A stretch of 46,135 nucleotides of DNA from Candidatus Micrarchaeota archaeon. Its GTDB lineage: Archaea; Micrarchaeota; Micrarchaeia; Burarchaeales; Fermentimicrarchaeaceae. Below, one piece after another: positions 44,560 to 46,135 of the stretch. The position numbers were made by a program, and so were the translations under genes. Every line of letters starts with the position of its first letter. Position 1 is the first letter of the stretch. The stretch covers positions 1-46,135 of the forward strand of contig JAPLWT010000031.1 of the NCBI GenBank assembly GCA_026396455.1, given 5' to 3'. The notes under the pieces were generated by a model. The model was not told the DNA's origin and did no database searches. It saw only the letters and a program-made list of their open reading frames with translations.

Positions 44560-45513
44560 TCACCAGCATTTTGGATATGTACCTTTTCTCATCATTACCC
44601 TTATCGTTCTTGCAACAACACCTTTTTCCATGTTAATGATCTCACGGGAGTTCGCGTCGGCAACTGATATTGCCACGACTTCATCCTTGAGACTCATGAG
44701 CGCAATGTTATCCCTTGCAGCTATCCCCTCCTCAACCTTTGCAATTCCGGGAGCTGCCAGGGCTGCACCTGAACATATCGATTCAACAGTAGAATCGCGC
44801 AGCCAAATCCTGTGCATACCAAGCGCATTCTCGATGGGGAGTATGACCCTCCTCATCTCCTTCTCCTCGCCTTTCTCAGTCCACAGCCAGTACGCATCCT
44901 TTATGTCCTGAAGCTTCGATGCGTGGTTTTCATCAAGGTTCCCTACCCTAGTCCTCCTCAGTTCGAGCATATTAGCTCCGCATTTTAGTTCCTCTCCCAT
45001 ATCAAAGCAGAGCTTCCTTATATAGGTTCCCGCTTCGCATCCGACCCTAAAGAGGACTTCTCTTCCATTAAATTCTAGCGGTTCAAGGTAATAAACCTTT
45101 CTCTTCCTGAGCACCCTTCTCACGGCGGATTTCACCGGAGGCATCTGCTCAATCTCCCCGCTGAATTTATGGAATACCTTCTCAACCTCATCTTTTCCAA
45201 CATTACGGTGGAACTTTATTATCCCCACATACTCCTTTGAGCTCTTGAGCATGAAGCCCATAGCCTTGGTCGCCCCATTCAGACCAACTGGGAGCAATCC
45301 GCTCACATTCGGGTCCAGTGTTCCCGAGTGTCCCGCCTTCCTTGTCACGAGCATCTTCTTCACCCACGAGGTAACCTCATGGCTCGAAGGGCCCTGCGGC
45401 TTGTCAACAAGCGCAAATCCGGACTCCAAGAGCTCCTCTATGCTACGCTGCTCGGGGCGTTTTCCATACTGCCCATCAGTCTCGCACTCATATTTCGTCA
45501 GTATCTCGGACAC
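44560..45513 (-). CDS. cbf5: H/ACA RNP pseudouridine synthase Cbf5 (TruB family, PUA domain)
   Basis: VDKPQGPSSHEV and GHSGTLDP catalytic motifs, plus a C-terminal PUA-like region. Confidence 0.9.
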   Translation of the reverse strand: MSEILTKYECETDGQYGKRPEQRSIEELLESGFALVDKPQGPSSHEVTSWVKKMLVTRKAGHSGTLDPNVSGLLPVGLNGATKAMGFMLKSSKEYVGIIKFHRNVGKDEVEKVFHKFSGEIEQMPPVKSAVRRVLRKRKVYYLEPLEFNGREVLFRVGCEAGTYIRKLCFDMGEELKCGANMLELRRTRVGNLDENHASKLQDIKDAYWLWTEKGEEKEMRRVILPIENALGMHRIWLRDSTVESICSGAALAAPGIAKVEEGIAARDNIALMSLKDEVVAISVADANSREIINMEKGVVARTIRVMMRKGTYPKCW

Positions 45514-45517
45514 AACA

Positions 45518-45739
45518 TCAGGCTCCTAGGAGTTTTCTAATCTCCTCATCGCTTCCCTTCAGCTCTATGTTCTCTCCGATGGGTTCAAGATGGTGCATGT
45601 TGCATCTCCTTCTCTTCTTCCTGGAGGTGCATAGAATCTCAACGTAGTTGGCATCAACAAGGCCCATCACAACACATTTCTTGCCCCCATCCCTGCCTCT
45701 ATTCTTAATGCAAATACTGCCAACAGTAATCATCGCCAT
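45518..45739 (-). CDS. rpl14e: ribosomal protein eL14
   Basis: KOW-like GSICIKNRGRDGGKKCVV; 73 aa; conserved cmk-L14e-cbf5 gene order. Confidence 0.85.
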   Translation of the reverse strand: MAMITVGSICIKNRGRDGGKKCVVMGLVDANYVEILCTSRKKRRRCNMHHLEPIGENIELKGSDEEIRKLLGA

Positions 45740-45743
45740 AAGC

Positions 45744-46135
45744 TCACCTCTTCCCCGCCGCCCTCTCAGCTTCGGCAGCCTTTATTATTATCCCAGCTAT
45801 CTGCTGGGGATTGAAAACATCAGAGTTTATCTCCAAATCAAATATGCCGTGGTCCATGATGTCAATCCCATAGTATCTCTTATACCTCCTCCTGTTGTTC
45901 TCATCCCTCTTCCTTATGTGCCCGAGAGCCTTTCTGAATGTCATCTTATCCCTCTTGGCAACTCTCTTCGCCCTCTCCTTCTCGCTTACATTGAGCCACA
46001 CGCGGAGGTTCGCATTCTTCACTACCCAGGGGCCCAGCCAGGTCATGACCACGCAGTTCCCCTTCTTCGCCCTCCTCACTATCTCCTTATCCAGCTCCCT
46101 ATCGTAGCTCTCATCCTTCGTAGCCTCCCTCTGCA
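45744..46135 (-). CDS. cmk: archaeal cytidylate kinase (N-terminus beyond the window end)
   Basis: ...VWLNVSEKERAKRVAKRD...RDENNRRRYKRYYGIDI. The frame stays open to the window edge (upstream residues ...YDRELDKEIV). Confidence 0.8.
   Translation of the reverse strand, partial: QREATKDESYDRELDKEIVRRAKKGNCVVMTWLGPWVVKNANLRVWLNVSEKERAKRVAKRDKMTFRKALGHIRKRDENNRRRYKRYYGIDIMDHGIFDLEINSDVFNPQQIAGIIIKAAEAERAAGKR

Overview
This window is archaeal chromosomal DNA. The archaeal assignment rests on aEF-1beta, GatD/GatE, Pth2, Elp3, RpoD/RpoN, eL14, L18e and Cbf5, plus TATA boxes about 25-35 nt upstream of many ATGs, which implies leaderless or short-leader mRNAs.

Gene content, left to right:
- A DNA-repair neighbourhood: nurA, a Zn-ribbon membrane protein, herA and a galT-like gene on the + strand; rad50, orf102 and minD on the - strand. 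No mre11 is visible.
- A tRNA and translation block: aEF-1beta, tRNA-Arg, elp3-gatD-gatE, LigT, a TrmI-like methyltransferase, purA and tRNA-Thr.
- A 16S-tRNAAla-23S rRNA operon with no 5S gene.
- An AT-richer accessory stretch at about 26.9-35.7 kb. It holds Cys-repeat lipoproteins, a RecJ-like DHH protein, tRNA-Trp followed by a duplicated tRNA 3' end, a module of two membrane proteins plus an XRE regulator, a secreted protein with a 981-aa clostripain-like protease, and a DUF1624-like protein.
- proS, tRNA-Gln, a phosphoribosyltransferase, a box C/D sRNA and a second Cys-repeat lipoprotein.
- The conserved cluster cmk-eL14-cbf5-tRNASer-S13-S4-S11-rpoD-tRNALeu-L18e-L13-S9-rpoN-tRNAPro-S2 on the - strand.

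The most unusual layer is RNA-level:
- The 16S gene carries a 529-nt bulge-helix-bulge (BHB) intron that encodes a LAGLIDADG-type ORF which looks degenerate.
- 6 of the 8 tRNA genes contain introns, 8 introns in total. 5 of them sit at non-canonical positions (D-arm, anticodon-loop 5' side, T-stem/loop), and several have clean BHB geometry.
- The tRNA-Trp intron carries box C/D-like elements aimed at C34.
- A free-standing C/D sRNA has both guides matching adjacent sites in the 23S gene of this same window.

I saw no CRISPR array, no recognisable defence system and no intact mobile element. All family assignments come from motif recognition by eye and need HMM or BLAST confirmation.
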